From: an uncultured delta proteobacterium | GTDB taxonomy: Bacteria; Desulfobacterota; Desulfobacteria; Desulfobacterales; SG8-13 | NCBI GenBank assembly: GCA_963848135.1 | Contig: CAWKCK010000018.1 | Location: 510,938 to 574,937 of the forward strand | Direction of reading: 5' to 3' | Length of the DNA stretch: 64,000 nt | Shown: piece after piece, positions 21,186-30,540 of the stretch | Layout: every line of letters begins with the position of its first letter | How positions within the stretch are numbered: position 1 is the stretch's first letter | Notes under the pieces: generated by a model | Told to the model about the DNA's origin: nothing | Databases searched by the model: none | What the model saw: only the letters and a program-made list of their open reading frames with translations | Program-made: the position numbers and the translations under genes

Positions 21186-21623
21186 ATGAAATGGATAACC
21201 CGATCGCATGTGCACGTTGACCGCGTGGCCTGCCCGTGGCTAATCACCCGGTTCATAGACTCGAATGCCGAGTTCCTATTTGTGCCAAAGAGTAAAGTCT
21301 TGGAAATTGCCGAAATGACTGGTGCAATTCCCTTTGATACTCCGGGTGCCGAGCTGCACCATCGAGACGATTTGTGCACCTTCGATGTAATCATCAAAGA
21401 ATACGCGTTAACCGACAAAGCGCTCCTGCGCATGGCCAAAATCATCAACGCTGCAGACACCGGCCGGTTGGACGCTGATCCACTGGCCGCCGGCTTCGAG
21501 GCGATTGCTGTGGGCTATAGCCTTCGTTACCCAGACGATTTGGAAAATATCGACAAGCAGATGGCGGTCTACGATGCTTTGTATGGCTGGTGCCGTTTGG
21601 ATGTTGCTCGGAGCGAAACGTGA
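21186..21623 (+). CDS. Chromate-resistance ChrB C-terminal domain protein
   Basis: MKWITR..HVDRVACPWLI.RFID..AEF. Confidence 0.85.
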   Translation: MKWITRSHVHVDRVACPWLITRFIDSNAEFLFVPKSKVLEIAEMTGAIPFDTPGAELHHRDDLCTFDVIIKEYALTDKALLRMAKIINAADTGRLDADPLAAGFEAIAVGYSLRYPDDLENIDKQMAVYDALYGWCRLDVARSET

Positions 21624-22900
21624 AGCAAAAGCGCATTGAGCCCCAAGGAATCGTAACAAACCGCATGGCCCGGTTCGCCGATTTTCTGGCACTGCAGCGC
21701 AGCACCGTCGGTGTGCTGGCCATGGTTGTACTGGTCGGCATGGGTGAACGGATGGCCGAGCGTTTTCTGCCCATTTACATACTGGCCCTTGGCGGCGGTG
21801 TTTTGGCCATTGGTCTACTACAGGCCATGGATAACCTGCTCTCGGCCCTCTATTCGTTTCCAGGGGGCTATCTGTCCGACCGTATCGGTACGAAACGCTC
21901 TCTGTTGGTCTTCAATCTGGTGGCCATGGCCGGTTTCCTACTGGTTATTTTGATCCCCGCCTGGCAGGCAGTCCTCTTCGGGGCTGCGCTGTTCATCTCA
22001 TGGTCGGCCATATCGCTGCCGGCCACCATGAGCTTGATCTACAAAGTGCTCCCCCAAAACAAACGCACCATGGGGGTGAGCATGCAAGCCCTTGTGCGGC
22101 GCATCCCCATGGCACTCGGCCCTTTAATCGGAGGGATATTCATCGGCGTGTGGGGTGAGCGTGACGGCGTTCGCCTGGCATTCGGTGCCGCCCTTGTTAT
22201 GGCAGCAGTGGCGTTGCTGCTACAGCAACGAATGATCGCAGACGACGCACCGGACGTGGTTTCCACAACCAACGCCTACGATCTCAGGCCGGAAAAAAAC
22301 CCGCTGAAATTGCTGCGCTTGATGAACCCGGCCATGAAAGGGCTTCTGGTCACCGATATTCTGATCCGCTTCTGCGAACAAATCCCTTACGCCTTTGTCG
22401 TGGTCTGGTGCATGAAGGTGATCTCAGCACCGGTGACAGCCATCCAGTTCGGCCTTCTGACCACCATTGAAATGACCACGGCAGTGCTGGTTTACATCCC
22501 AGTGGCCTATCTGGCAGACCGCAGTACCAAAAAGCCTTTTGTGCTCGCCACATTCGTCTTCTTCACCCTCTTCCCCTTAATGCTTCTCTACAGCCGCTCC
22601 ATGGAATGGTTGATTGCGGCTTTCATTCTCCGAGGATTGAAAGAGTTCGGTGAGCCCACCCGCAAGGCCCTGATCATGGATTTGTCACCGGACAGCTGCA
22701 AGGCGGGCATGTTCGGCCTCTACTATCTTATCCGGGACGTTTTCGTCGCTTTTGCCGCCTTGGGCGGGGCGTTTCTATGGCAAATCAGCCCGGAAACGAA
22801 TCTTGTCACGGCCTTCGTTTTCGGGATCATCGGTAGCGTGGGTTTTGCGATTTTCGGCCGCGACATGCCGGTCCTGGAACCTCAACGGCGATCAGAATGA
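21620..22900 (+). CDS. MFS transporter
   Basis: About 12 TM segments, GYLSDRIGTKR motif A; GTG overlaps the chrB stop. Confidence 0.85.
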   Translation: MKQKRIEPQGIVTNRMARFADFLALQRSTVGVLAMVVLVGMGERMAERFLPIYILALGGGVLAIGLLQAMDNLLSALYSFPGGYLSDRIGTKRSLLVFNLVAMAGFLLVILIPAWQAVLFGAALFISWSAISLPATMSLIYKVLPQNKRTMGVSMQALVRRIPMALGPLIGGIFIGVWGERDGVRLAFGAALVMAAVALLLQQRMIADDAPDVVSTTNAYDLRPEKNPLKLLRLMNPAMKGLLVTDILIRFCEQIPYAFVVVWCMKVISAPVTAIQFGLLTTIEMTTAVLVYIPVAYLADRSTKKPFVLATFVFFTLFPLMLLYSRSMEWLIAAFILRGLKEFGEPTRKALIMDLSPDSCKAGMFGLYYLIRDVFVAFAALGGAFLWQISPETNLVTAFVFGIIGSVGFAIFGRDMPVLEPQRRSE

Positions 22901-23072
22901 ATACAGCTTTTCAAAAAGGCGGCATCGAGCGGCTGCGCATGGCCGGTATTTCTGAGAATGATATTGCCCTCTATTATCGATGCGGTTTTTCATGAAAATC
23001 CCCCCCGGACAGCAGACCAAGAAAGCGCTTCATTCTTGATGAGGGGCTTTTGGGGTCATTCATTATTCGTGC

Positions 23073-23216
23073 GGCGTCTTTACCCCGATTACACTCACCA
23101 TTCTCGGCGTCATCATGTCCTTGCGGCTGGGCCACGTCGCGGGCCAGGCGGGGGTCCTGCCTGCGATGTTGATCATACTGGGCTCTTTGCCGCCAAAAGC
23201 GGACTCATATAAATAA
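23073..23216 (+). pseudogene. N-terminal fragment of a cation-chloride cotransporter/APC permease
   Basis: Frame reads GVFTPITLTILGVIMSLRLGHVAGQAG and then stops. Confidence 0.55.
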
Positions 23217-23267
23217 AGGAGTTGGGGTAGAATATGGCTATCACCAGCCCACGCAAGAATATAAGAC

Positions 23268-23286
23268 TTTTGTTAGATAGCAGATA
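23268..23286. repeat. Repeated site A (partial copy of the recombinase-associated motif)
   Basis: TTTTGTTAGATAGCAGATA, identical to 31977-31995. Confidence 0.6.
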
Positions 23287-23330
23287 AATTGAGTTTTGTT
23301 TATAGAACGCCTATGAGAGGAATCAAAATA

Positions 23331-23358
23331 AAAAGCAGGACCCGAAAAGGTCCTGCCT
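23331..23358 (-). terminator. Intrinsic terminator of the PEP-CTERM-type gene
   Basis: GCAGGACC..GGTCCTGC stem followed by a T-tract on the minus strand. Confidence 0.65.
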
Positions 23359-23378
23359 AATACATCTATGATATGTTT

Positions 23379-24062
23379 CTATTTTTTATATTTTCTCCTA
23401 ATTCCTGCTATTCCTAAAATACCTGTACCCAACAAGATGATTGCGGGTGGCACTGGAACAGCTGACGGCGCTTTTTCATAATATAATGTTGCTTCAACTG
23501 TTGATCCATATATTTGGCCATAGTCCAAATTGAGCCAGTGGCCATCTAGATCTTTGAGAACATCTCGATTAAACGGCAATGTGGGAAGCAAGGATATACT
23601 AAACATACCGCTATCGCCAACGCCAAATGTGAAATTAGCCGAAGGACCCCAGGTCACTCGTCCCTCATCATTTATGTCGGGAAACGTAACTCCATAAAAT
23701 GTTGATTCTTCGGCATAACCTACTGTTTGGCCGGTAATTGTGCCTGTAGTTACTAAGTTTGAAAACGAAAACTCGACACTTATATCTCTCGGAATATTAT
23801 CTTCCCCGAGAGCTACATCACTTTCGGTAGTCCAAATATCAAATATGGAGAAAGGAGCTGATGTTTGTTCAGGTGATAGATCTATGATAATCGGAGATGA
23901 AAGGTATGGGGAGGAGTCCGTTGCAATATCAAGACCGGGTCCACCTGACCAAGAAGTAATAGAGAGACTATCTAAAATGAATTGATAAGCATTAGCGTGA
24001 GGTACAACGCCGCACATGAGCAGAGTCGCAAAGACAATTGACAGAATCCCATTCTTGATCAT
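23379..24062 (-). CDS. Secreted PEP-CTERM/VPLPA-CTERM sorting-signal protein
   Basis: Signal peptide; C-terminal VPVPPAIILLGTGILGIAGIRRK. Confidence 0.85.
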   Translation of the reverse strand: MIKNGILSIVFATLLMCGVVPHANAYQFILDSLSITSWSGGPGLDIATDSSPYLSSPIIIDLSPEQTSAPFSIFDIWTTESDVALGEDNIPRDISVEFSFSNLVTTGTITGQTVGYAEESTFYGVTFPDINDEGRVTWGPSANFTFGVGDSGMFSISLLPTLPFNRDVLKDLDGHWLNLDYGQIYGSTVEATLYYEKAPSAVPVPPAIILLGTGILGIAGIRRKYKK

Positions 24063-24364
24063 GGTGCCGCCCTCCTTTTTGCCCTATCTATTAGAGACTT
24101 TTTATTGTTTCGATTGTCGATGCAATAATCATGCAATATCGACTCGTTACAACGAACATAAATTAGTTAAAATAACAACAGCTTACCGAGTATACCACGG
24201 TGTGGCATAATGAAATTGTGGAGGTTAATTTACAAACATGTGTATTTCATTTCATAGTTATAACTTGATAATCATCTAAAAGGCACCTCCCGTTCGCAAA
24301 GGACACTGCGATTCGTTATAAAGGGTTGATCCCAACCATAACCCTATAACGCAGGAGGTGCCCT

Positions 24365-25384
24365 ATGGAACTGTATGCCGGTCTGGATCTTCATTCAAGA
24401 AATACTTACATCGGTATCATGGACGATGCATTCAACCGTGTCTGTAAGAGACGTGTATCCAATGACCTTGACCAGATCCTTCAAGTTTTAAAGCCCTTCA
24501 AAAAACGATTAAAGGGATTCGTTGTAGAGTCCACCTACAACTGGTACTGGCTCGTAGATGGCCTTATGGATGCGGGCTATGGCACTGCACACTTGGCCAA
24601 CCCGTCGGCCATCAAACAATACGAAGGGCTAAAGTACAGTGACGATCAGCATGATGCCTTTTTTCTGGCCAAACTTCTCATACTCGGTATTTTGCCCGAA
24701 GGCTACATTTACCCAAAGGAACATCGCCCGATGCGGGACCTGGCCCGCAAACGGATGTTTTTAGTCCGGCACAAGACCGCGAACATCTTGAGCCTGCAAT
24801 CGCTCATTCAAAGATGCTGTGCAGTAAAAATAAGCACCAGTGACATCCGAAAGATAAACGTCGAAGCATTGGAAAGGTGGCTAAAAGAAGAGTACCTGAT
24901 TTTCTCTGCTCAAACCAGTTTGGATACAATCAACTTTCTGAAGGAGAAAATTAAACACATAGAGAAGGCAATCATACAGAGAGTCAAACTCAATAAAGGG
25001 TTCCGGCAATTGCTGACAATACCCGGTATCGGTAACATCCTGGCAATGACTATCATGCTGGAAGTGGGTGACATCAAGCGTTTTCCAAAGGTCGGCAATT
25101 TTGCTTCCTACTGTCGGTGTGTACCATCGAAGCGGTTATCCGACGGTAAAAGTAAAGGGCACGGTAACCGTAAAAATGGCAATCGCTACCTGAGTTGGGC
25201 GCTCACTGAAGCCGCTCAATTGGGCCGTCGGTATAATGAACCGTTCAGACGATACTATGACCGCAAGGCCGCTCAGGCCAATACAAGCCTTGCGACCAAA
25301 GCGCTGGGCAACAAACTGGCCCGCATCTGCTACTATATCATGAGAGATCAAGTCCCCTTTCGTGAGGAGCTTATTGCGCACTAG
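24365..25384 (+). CDS. IS110 family transposase/recombinase
   Basis: GLDLH, VVESTYNW, KYSDDQHDA, TIPGIG, SDGK, GNRYL. Confidence 0.95.
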   Translation: MELYAGLDLHSRNTYIGIMDDAFNRVCKRRVSNDLDQILQVLKPFKKRLKGFVVESTYNWYWLVDGLMDAGYGTAHLANPSAIKQYEGLKYSDDQHDAFFLAKLLILGILPEGYIYPKEHRPMRDLARKRMFLVRHKTANILSLQSLIQRCCAVKISTSDIRKINVEALERWLKEEYLIFSAQTSLDTINFLKEKIKHIEKAIIQRVKLNKGFRQLLTIPGIGNILAMTIMLEVGDIKRFPKVGNFASYCRCVPSKRLSDGKSKGHGNRKNGNRYLSWALTEAAQLGRRYNEPFRRYYDRKAAQANTSLATKALGNKLARICYYIMRDQVPFREELIAH

Positions 25385-25387
25385 TTT

Positions 25388-25690
25388 GGGACTGCAGCGG
25401 TGATCCCTACATATTGGTGGTTAAAATCCCTATTGCTTGGTTGGCCACCGCTGCACTCCCTACAAAATAAATTCAGGCGGGTGTCCGCTTTTTCGATCTG
25501 CCCTTGTCATAAGCTCGCAATGGCTGGCCCGAAAGGAGCCCTATCTCTTGTAACAACCCAATTGGCTTTGACAAGGTACCGATATTTTCTGGGGTCTGGT
25601 TTCGGACCAGGGGCTTTAGATATTCTCTCTTTGGCCTTGATCCTGATGGGTGCCTGTTAGCAGATTAAGTGACGCTGCACAGCAAACAAA
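25388..25690 (+). ncRNA. Candidate bridge/seek RNA
   Basis: Stems GGGACTGCAGCGGTG/CACCGCTGCACTCCC and CCTTGTCA/TGACAAGG; loops match the target and donor junctions. Confidence 0.55.
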
Positions 25691-25814
25691 AAGAAATTTC
25701 GGGAGCAGGTAAAAAAATAGGACGTACGCCGGACTGAATTTTTTTCCTGCAAAAAAATGTACCCCTTTTGCGATGGCGTGGTGTTTTTTGTTGACTGGAG
25801 CCTTTTAATGGGTG

Positions 25815-25913
25815 CCAATAGACCAACTATCGAAATTAGCATCAATCACGAAGATACGATCCGGCTATCTCAAGCAAATCGGCCTGGTGATAGTTCAACG
25901 ATCATAGCAGATA
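25815..25913. repeat. Repeated site B (left part CTTG at 24264-67, split by the IS)
   Basis: CTTG|CCA-N7-AACTATC..GATA-N6-GGCTAT..GATAG-N10-ATAGCAGATA. Confidence 0.75.
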
Positions 25914-25959
25914 CCTTATGTGTGCGAATTGACGAGACCAAGCGATGAAATTCCAAATT

Positions 25960-25991
25960 AAAAGGCAGTGTCATGGCTGACCCTGCCTTTT
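25960..25991. terminator. Intrinsic terminator
   Basis: AAAAGGCAG..CTGCCTTTT. Confidence 0.65.
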
Positions 25992-26026
25992 AAAAAGATC
26001 ATTTCATTAACATTATATAAGTTAAA

Positions 26027-26923
26027 TCAATTACAAATTCCAGCACCTGTCTTAATAGGATCGCCACCATTTAAACTGAATAACGCTCCAGGTTCCAAGT
26101 CAATGTCTTCAGCGAATTGAGCACAATCCGCTGTATCGTCTTGGTCTAAATCAATCTCTACAGTGTAAGATTGACTTGGTACGAGCCAGAATATGTTAAA
26201 TTCTGTTGGATTTGGATTAGATGATTTCGGAACTTCAACCCGCGTATATACTTCCTGATTACTTTCTGCAAATACAATTATGGTTGCATTATCGGAGTCA
26301 CCAAATGATATATTATTAATACTACCGTTGATGGTGGCTGCCTTTAATGGGTGGTCAAAGAGGTGCATGACGGGTTTAAGCTTATATGTTGGATTTGAGG
26401 CGGGTCCAGAGACCACGAGAGACATGCTCAAATCAAAATGGATAATGAGATCGATAGCGGAATCGGAACCTACATCAACAATAAAATTTTTATCCGTCTT
26501 CAAATTATCGGAAGGAATTTCAACAGGCCAGTCATCCGTATTACCGTTGCTATTCAAAAGTCTTATAGTTGCTCTATCTACTACAAATCGTACTTGAGTA
26601 TATTTTCCAGAATTAAGTTTTGTCGGCGGAACAAGTTCAGTGGTTTTGCCACTGTGAAATTGTAACAAATCAATGGTATATGGAGATTCAACTAAAGGTA
26701 ATTGTTTCCATCCTTCTCCGGGTTTATGAATCCAAACCTCTGAAAACTCGACAAAAAAATTTGTAGCATTTTCAGGCAACAATGGCTTGGCATCTGTGAC
26801 AGACATCGTTACGATGCCGGAGCCAGCAGGGATTGAAGAACTTCCGCCGCCACCGCCACATGCAAACAAAACAAGTGTTGAGAACAATGAACCCATAATC
26901 CAAAATATATTCTTTACTCGCAC
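26027..26923 (-). CDS. DUF4382-domain lipoprotein
   Basis: Lipobox LFAC-GGGG, SVTDA, IDLL, GKYTQVRF, FDL, YKLKPV. Confidence 0.8.
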   Translation of the reverse strand: MRVKNIFWIMGSLFSTLVLFACGGGGGSSSIPAGSGIVTMSVTDAKPLLPENATNFFVEFSEVWIHKPGEGWKQLPLVESPYTIDLLQFHSGKTTELVPPTKLNSGKYTQVRFVVDRATIRLLNSNGNTDDWPVEIPSDNLKTDKNFIVDVGSDSAIDLIIHFDLSMSLVVSGPASNPTYKLKPVMHLFDHPLKAATINGSINNISFGDSDNATIIVFAESNQEVYTRVEVPKSSNPNPTEFNIFWLVPSQSYTVEIDLDQDDTADCAQFAEDIDLEPGALFSLNGGDPIKTGAGICN

Positions 26924-27408
26924 TATTTCCCCCTTTTCAATTTTCAGTCTTTATGTAGAAATTATATATTGGTAAATTGAAAAAATAGCTGCAAATAATA
27001 TGCAAGGATTATTTTGAATTTCTTAATATATAATATAATTATATAGTTGCGGCAGTATTTTTTTCTGATTTTGATATTTTTCCTGTTAATCTGTATGTAG
27101 ATTCCTTCGGTTTGTAGATAATTATTTACCGGATAGGTACAAAGTGTCCGAAAAAATATAGTTTATTAGGTATGAAATTTCATACAGGTCAGACTCAATC
27201 GGACATTAAATATCAGAATGTCTAAATAAGAGGCTGGAATTTTATTGATATTTCGTATTGATGAGCGTTTTGTTTTTCACACGTATGAAAACGACTTTAT
27301 TTTTCGGAGATCCGTTAAAATAAAATCCAGTATAAACACCGCTTAGTAGTAACCAACTATACACTTACCTTGATAACCGCAACGCACTAAAATCAAATCG
27401 AGTATGAC

Positions 27409-27424
27409 GATATGGTCTGGCTAT
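27409..27424. repeat. Repeated site C (partial)
   Basis: GATA-TGGTCT-GGCTAT, close to the copy at 35391. Confidence 0.45.
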
Positions 27425-27481
27425 AGCCAGAAATTCCACCAATATCACCAATTAGCAATCGATCAGTACGTTTGACTCTTA

Positions 27482-28831
27482 TCAATATGCTAAATTTTCA
27501 AATCTTGTATATGCTTTTAAAAAGGCCAATTTGACTTTATCAACAGGACCGTTTCTATGTTTGGCGATAATGATTTCGGCTTTGCCTTCTTCAGTGGATG
27601 ATTCCCCTTTCTTTCTAAATACCTCCGCTCGATGGATAAACGCAACAAGATCTGCATCCTGTTCAATGGCTCCGGATTCTCTGAGATCCGATAACCTGGG
27701 GCGCTTATCGTCCCTCTTTTCCAGTTGGCGATTCAGTTGGGAAAGGGCGACAACCGGGATATTCAATTCCTTTGCAAGCCCCTTTAAAGATCGGGATATT
27801 TCCGATATATCCAGATCCCGCCGTTCCGATTGCCGGTGAGCATTCATCAGCTGAAGGTAATCGATGATTATTAAGTTCAGCCCTTTATCCATTTTTAACC
27901 GCCGTGCTTTCGTTCTCAGATTCAAAACCGTGGTACCGGCCGTATCATCTATGTATAAAGGCGCTGTTCTCAGCCGGTTTCCCGCCTCTTGAATTCTTCT
28001 CCAAGCATCATCTGAAATAAAACCATCTCTGAATCGATTCGAGTTTACCCTGGATTCAGCAGCGAGAAGGCGCAGGGCCAGTTGTTCCTTTGACATTTCC
28101 AACGAAAACACGGCAACAGGAATATTGTTGTCGACCGCTACGTTGCGAGCGATATTCAAAGCGAAAGCCGTTTTCCCCATGCTTGGTCTTGCAGCGATAA
28201 TAATCAGGTCTGCATTCTGGAACCCGGAGGTCAGAGTGTCGAGTTCTTTAAAGCCAGTGGGGACCCCTGAAACACACCCTCTATTTTCACGCCTTTCTTT
28301 AATCGTATCGAAACTGCCGTCAATCAAATCTCTCACCCGATGAAATGAGGGGTTAATCTTTCTTTCAGAGATTTCAAAGATACCTCTTTCGGCCACATCG
28401 ATCATCTCTTGAACATCACATCGCACTTCTAAACAGCTACGGACAATATCATTACCCTTTTCAAGCAGAGCCCTCAGCGTACCGTTGTCATGCACAATCC
28501 TGGCATAGTGGCGGACATTGATTGCAAATGGGGCCCTCTCCATAATTTTTGATAGGTAGACCGGCCCGCCGACCTTGTCCAAATCACCTCTGACTTTCAA
28601 TTTGTTGTTGAGGGTCACAAGATCGACCGGTTCATCATCCTTGTATAAGTCGACGATGGCAGAGAAAATTCTTTGATGAGCCGATCTGTAGAAGTCACCC
28701 GGGGACAATATTTCTATAATATCATTCAAGGTGCGGTTATCTATCAAAACTGAACTAATCAAAGACTCTTCGGCTTCGATGTTATGCGGCGGCAGTTTGT
28801 TTAGAAGAGGATCTTCGCAGTACGGCATCAC
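27482..28831 (-). CDS. dnaB: DnaB-family replicative helicase (accessory copy)
   Basis: PPHNIEAE, AARPSMGKT, SLEMS, IDYLQL, LSQLNR, LRESGAIEQDAD, KHRNGP. Confidence 0.93.
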   Translation of the reverse strand: MMPYCEDPLLNKLPPHNIEAEESLISSVLIDNRTLNDIIEILSPGDFYRSAHQRIFSAIVDLYKDDEPVDLVTLNNKLKVRGDLDKVGGPVYLSKIMERAPFAINVRHYARIVHDNGTLRALLEKGNDIVRSCLEVRCDVQEMIDVAERGIFEISERKINPSFHRVRDLIDGSFDTIKERRENRGCVSGVPTGFKELDTLTSGFQNADLIIIAARPSMGKTAFALNIARNVAVDNNIPVAVFSLEMSKEQLALRLLAAESRVNSNRFRDGFISDDAWRRIQEAGNRLRTAPLYIDDTAGTTVLNLRTKARRLKMDKGLNLIIIDYLQLMNAHRQSERRDLDISEISRSLKGLAKELNIPVVALSQLNRQLEKRDDKRPRLSDLRESGAIEQDADLVAFIHRAEVFRKKGESSTEEGKAEIIIAKHRNGPVDKVKLAFLKAYTRFENLAY

Positions 28832-29124
28832 CTTTTTCCCCTAACCCGCATTTTTCACTAATCGCATTCGTTCATTTACAAGGCATTCAGGGGAGCAGCT
28901 GTAATCTGGTACCGCAAGCCTCTGATAACGCAGTAAATGGGCGAATGCGGTTGGCCCCGCGGGTGAATATTTTTTAGCATTTTTTTTCAGATCGTTGGGG
29001 GTACAAAATGAATATTACAATTTAGCGGCAGAATAAGGTTTAACTCACTGGTATTATGTATATTTTAAAGGTGCGCTGAAAAATATTCATGAAATATGCG
29101 GGCTAAATGATCCGCGACGACTCA

Positions 29125-29153
29125 TATATTGTTCGATATAATCGAACAATATA
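29125..29153. promoter_or_regulatory. Perfect 13-bp inverted repeat, candidate operator upstream of dnaB
   Basis: TATATTGTTCGAT-ATA-ATCGAACAATATA. Confidence 0.65.
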
Positions 29154-29181
29154 GCCAAAATTTTTTGGCGCTTATAAAATG

Positions 29182-29877
29182 TTATGTAGCGTATTGCCTG
29201 CTACCCCACCCAACTTTCGCGGTGGTCTCATTGATAATCAGGCCCAGTTCCTGAAGCCGTATAATCAACGCCTGTTTTGATACGTTCAGAAAACCACCAG
29301 CGTTTTGTACAGCCTGGGCAATGAAAGGCCAATTGCTGACACAAGGTTCGATGTAAATAGAGCTGTCTATCACGCTTTTTTCATTATAAAATTTGATTGG
29401 CTGGCTTCCGACCGATTTCTCGAAGGCTGACCGCACCCACTTTTCGGGCAGTAACATACAAGCTGCAAAATAATCTGCCTGCCATTCGATGGGCTTTTTT
29501 GCATCTTTTTTCCGGCAAAGGATAGCCGTTCTGTCTGCGCGTGGACCTCCATCATCATTAATATATTTTCTATGCAATACCCAGTGACCGACCTCATGGG
29601 CAAACGTGAATACGAGTCGTCCTTCATTGCAGTCGCTAAGCAAATGGGTATTGGCACATATCAATCCCTTTTTTACATAGGTAGCGCCAAGGACACCCTG
29701 CATACCGTAATTCTTTTCAAAATCTACGAAACCAATTTTCAAATCAAAATATCTTTCGATGATGTCTTCTACTGGAATGGGTGGCCTAACCACGCAACCT
29801 AGCTTCGATTCGTATCCCGCGATGATATCTTCGGCAATGAGTTGGATACCATTTTTCGGAAGCCACGGAACCTTCAT
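29182..29877 (-). CDS. ImmA/IrrE family metallo-endopeptidase
   Basis: PIPVEDI, FTFAHEVGH (HExxH), EWQADYFAA, NVSKQA..IRL. Confidence 0.88.
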   Translation of the reverse strand: MKVPWLPKNGIQLIAEDIIAGYESKLGCVVRPPIPVEDIIERYFDLKIGFVDFEKNYGMQGVLGATYVKKGLICANTHLLSDCNEGRLVFTFAHEVGHWVLHRKYINDDGGPRADRTAILCRKKDAKKPIEWQADYFAACMLLPEKWVRSAFEKSVGSQPIKFYNEKSVIDSSIYIEPCVSNWPFIAQAVQNAGGFLNVSKQALIIRLQELGLIINETTAKVGWGSRQYAT

Positions 29878-30251
29878 TTTTTTACGTCCTCCCTCTTTCC
29901 AAGTTTTGACAATCGGGCCAATTGGGTCAGGCGATCCCAGTCGTCACCACTATATTCTTGGTCTTTCGCCATTCTGAGAAAATCCGCAACCTGTGGTTGA
30001 TCGGCAACATATTCACTGAGTTCCGGATCGACTTTTTTCGCTTTGTTCAACAGGACCTTTTTATCGACGCTTAATGCCCTGGAAATATTGACGATGGTTT
30101 CCTCGGAGGGCGGGGGCACATTATCCAGTTCCACATCGCTGATATATCCTGGTGACTTTCCAATGAGGCGAGCCAATTCTCTTAAGCCTACACCGGCAGA
30201 ATTTCTGAGGGATCGAAGTAGTTGCCCAAATGTTTCTTTACTTTTTTTCAT
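29874..30251 (-). CDS. XRE-family HTH regulator
   Basis: FGQLLRSLR..GLRELARLIGKSPGYISDVE; ATGA overlap with the peptidase gene. Confidence 0.88.
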   Translation of the reverse strand: MKKSKETFGQLLRSLRNSAGVGLRELARLIGKSPGYISDVELDNVPPPSEETIVNISRALSVDKKVLLNKAKKVDPELSEYVADQPQVADFLRMAKDQEYSGDDWDRLTQLARLSKLGKREDVKK

Positions 30252-30254
30252 CAA

Positions 30255-30288
30255 TGTTCTATTAGACCGAACACTGGTGTACTGTCAA
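30255..30288 (-). promoter_or_regulatory. Sigma70-type promoter with overlapping operator for the XRE gene
   Basis: TTGACA (30288-83); TGTTC-N9-GAACA at 30255-73 directly before the start codon. Confidence 0.55.
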
Positions 30289-30482
30289 GTTGTTTTTATT
30301 AAACGAGGACTAAAGTTTTCAGATACCGCCCCATCATATAGCCTCACACTGAAGGTTTTCAAAAAACGCCGATCTGGAAATAAGAGAAATGGAAGTGGAA
30401 CGGTGAATGGCGTAGTCGGGCGTGATTACTGCAAAAGCGATAAAGCCACGAGGGGTTCACCCCTTTGTTGTTTTCTCGGGTA

Positions 30483-30540
30483 GGACTATACTCGCGCCCT
30501 TGGCGTGACAGACCACGATCCCGCCTCTATCGGGATTAAC
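30483..30540 (-). pseudogene. Degenerate tRNA-Asp(GTC)-like relic preceded by a small hairpin
   Basis: Minus strand CTGTCACGCC-AAG-GGCGCGAGT resembles the tRNA-Asp anticodon arm and T-stem start; no intact T loop or acceptor stem. Confidence 0.35.

Larger units (their letters stand above)
24266..25814 (+). mobile_element. IS110-family (IS1111-type) insertion sequence
   Basis: DEDD transposase; subterminal IR TAAAAGGC / GCCTTTTA; TG core at both ends; long structured 3' non-coding region. Confidence 0.85.
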
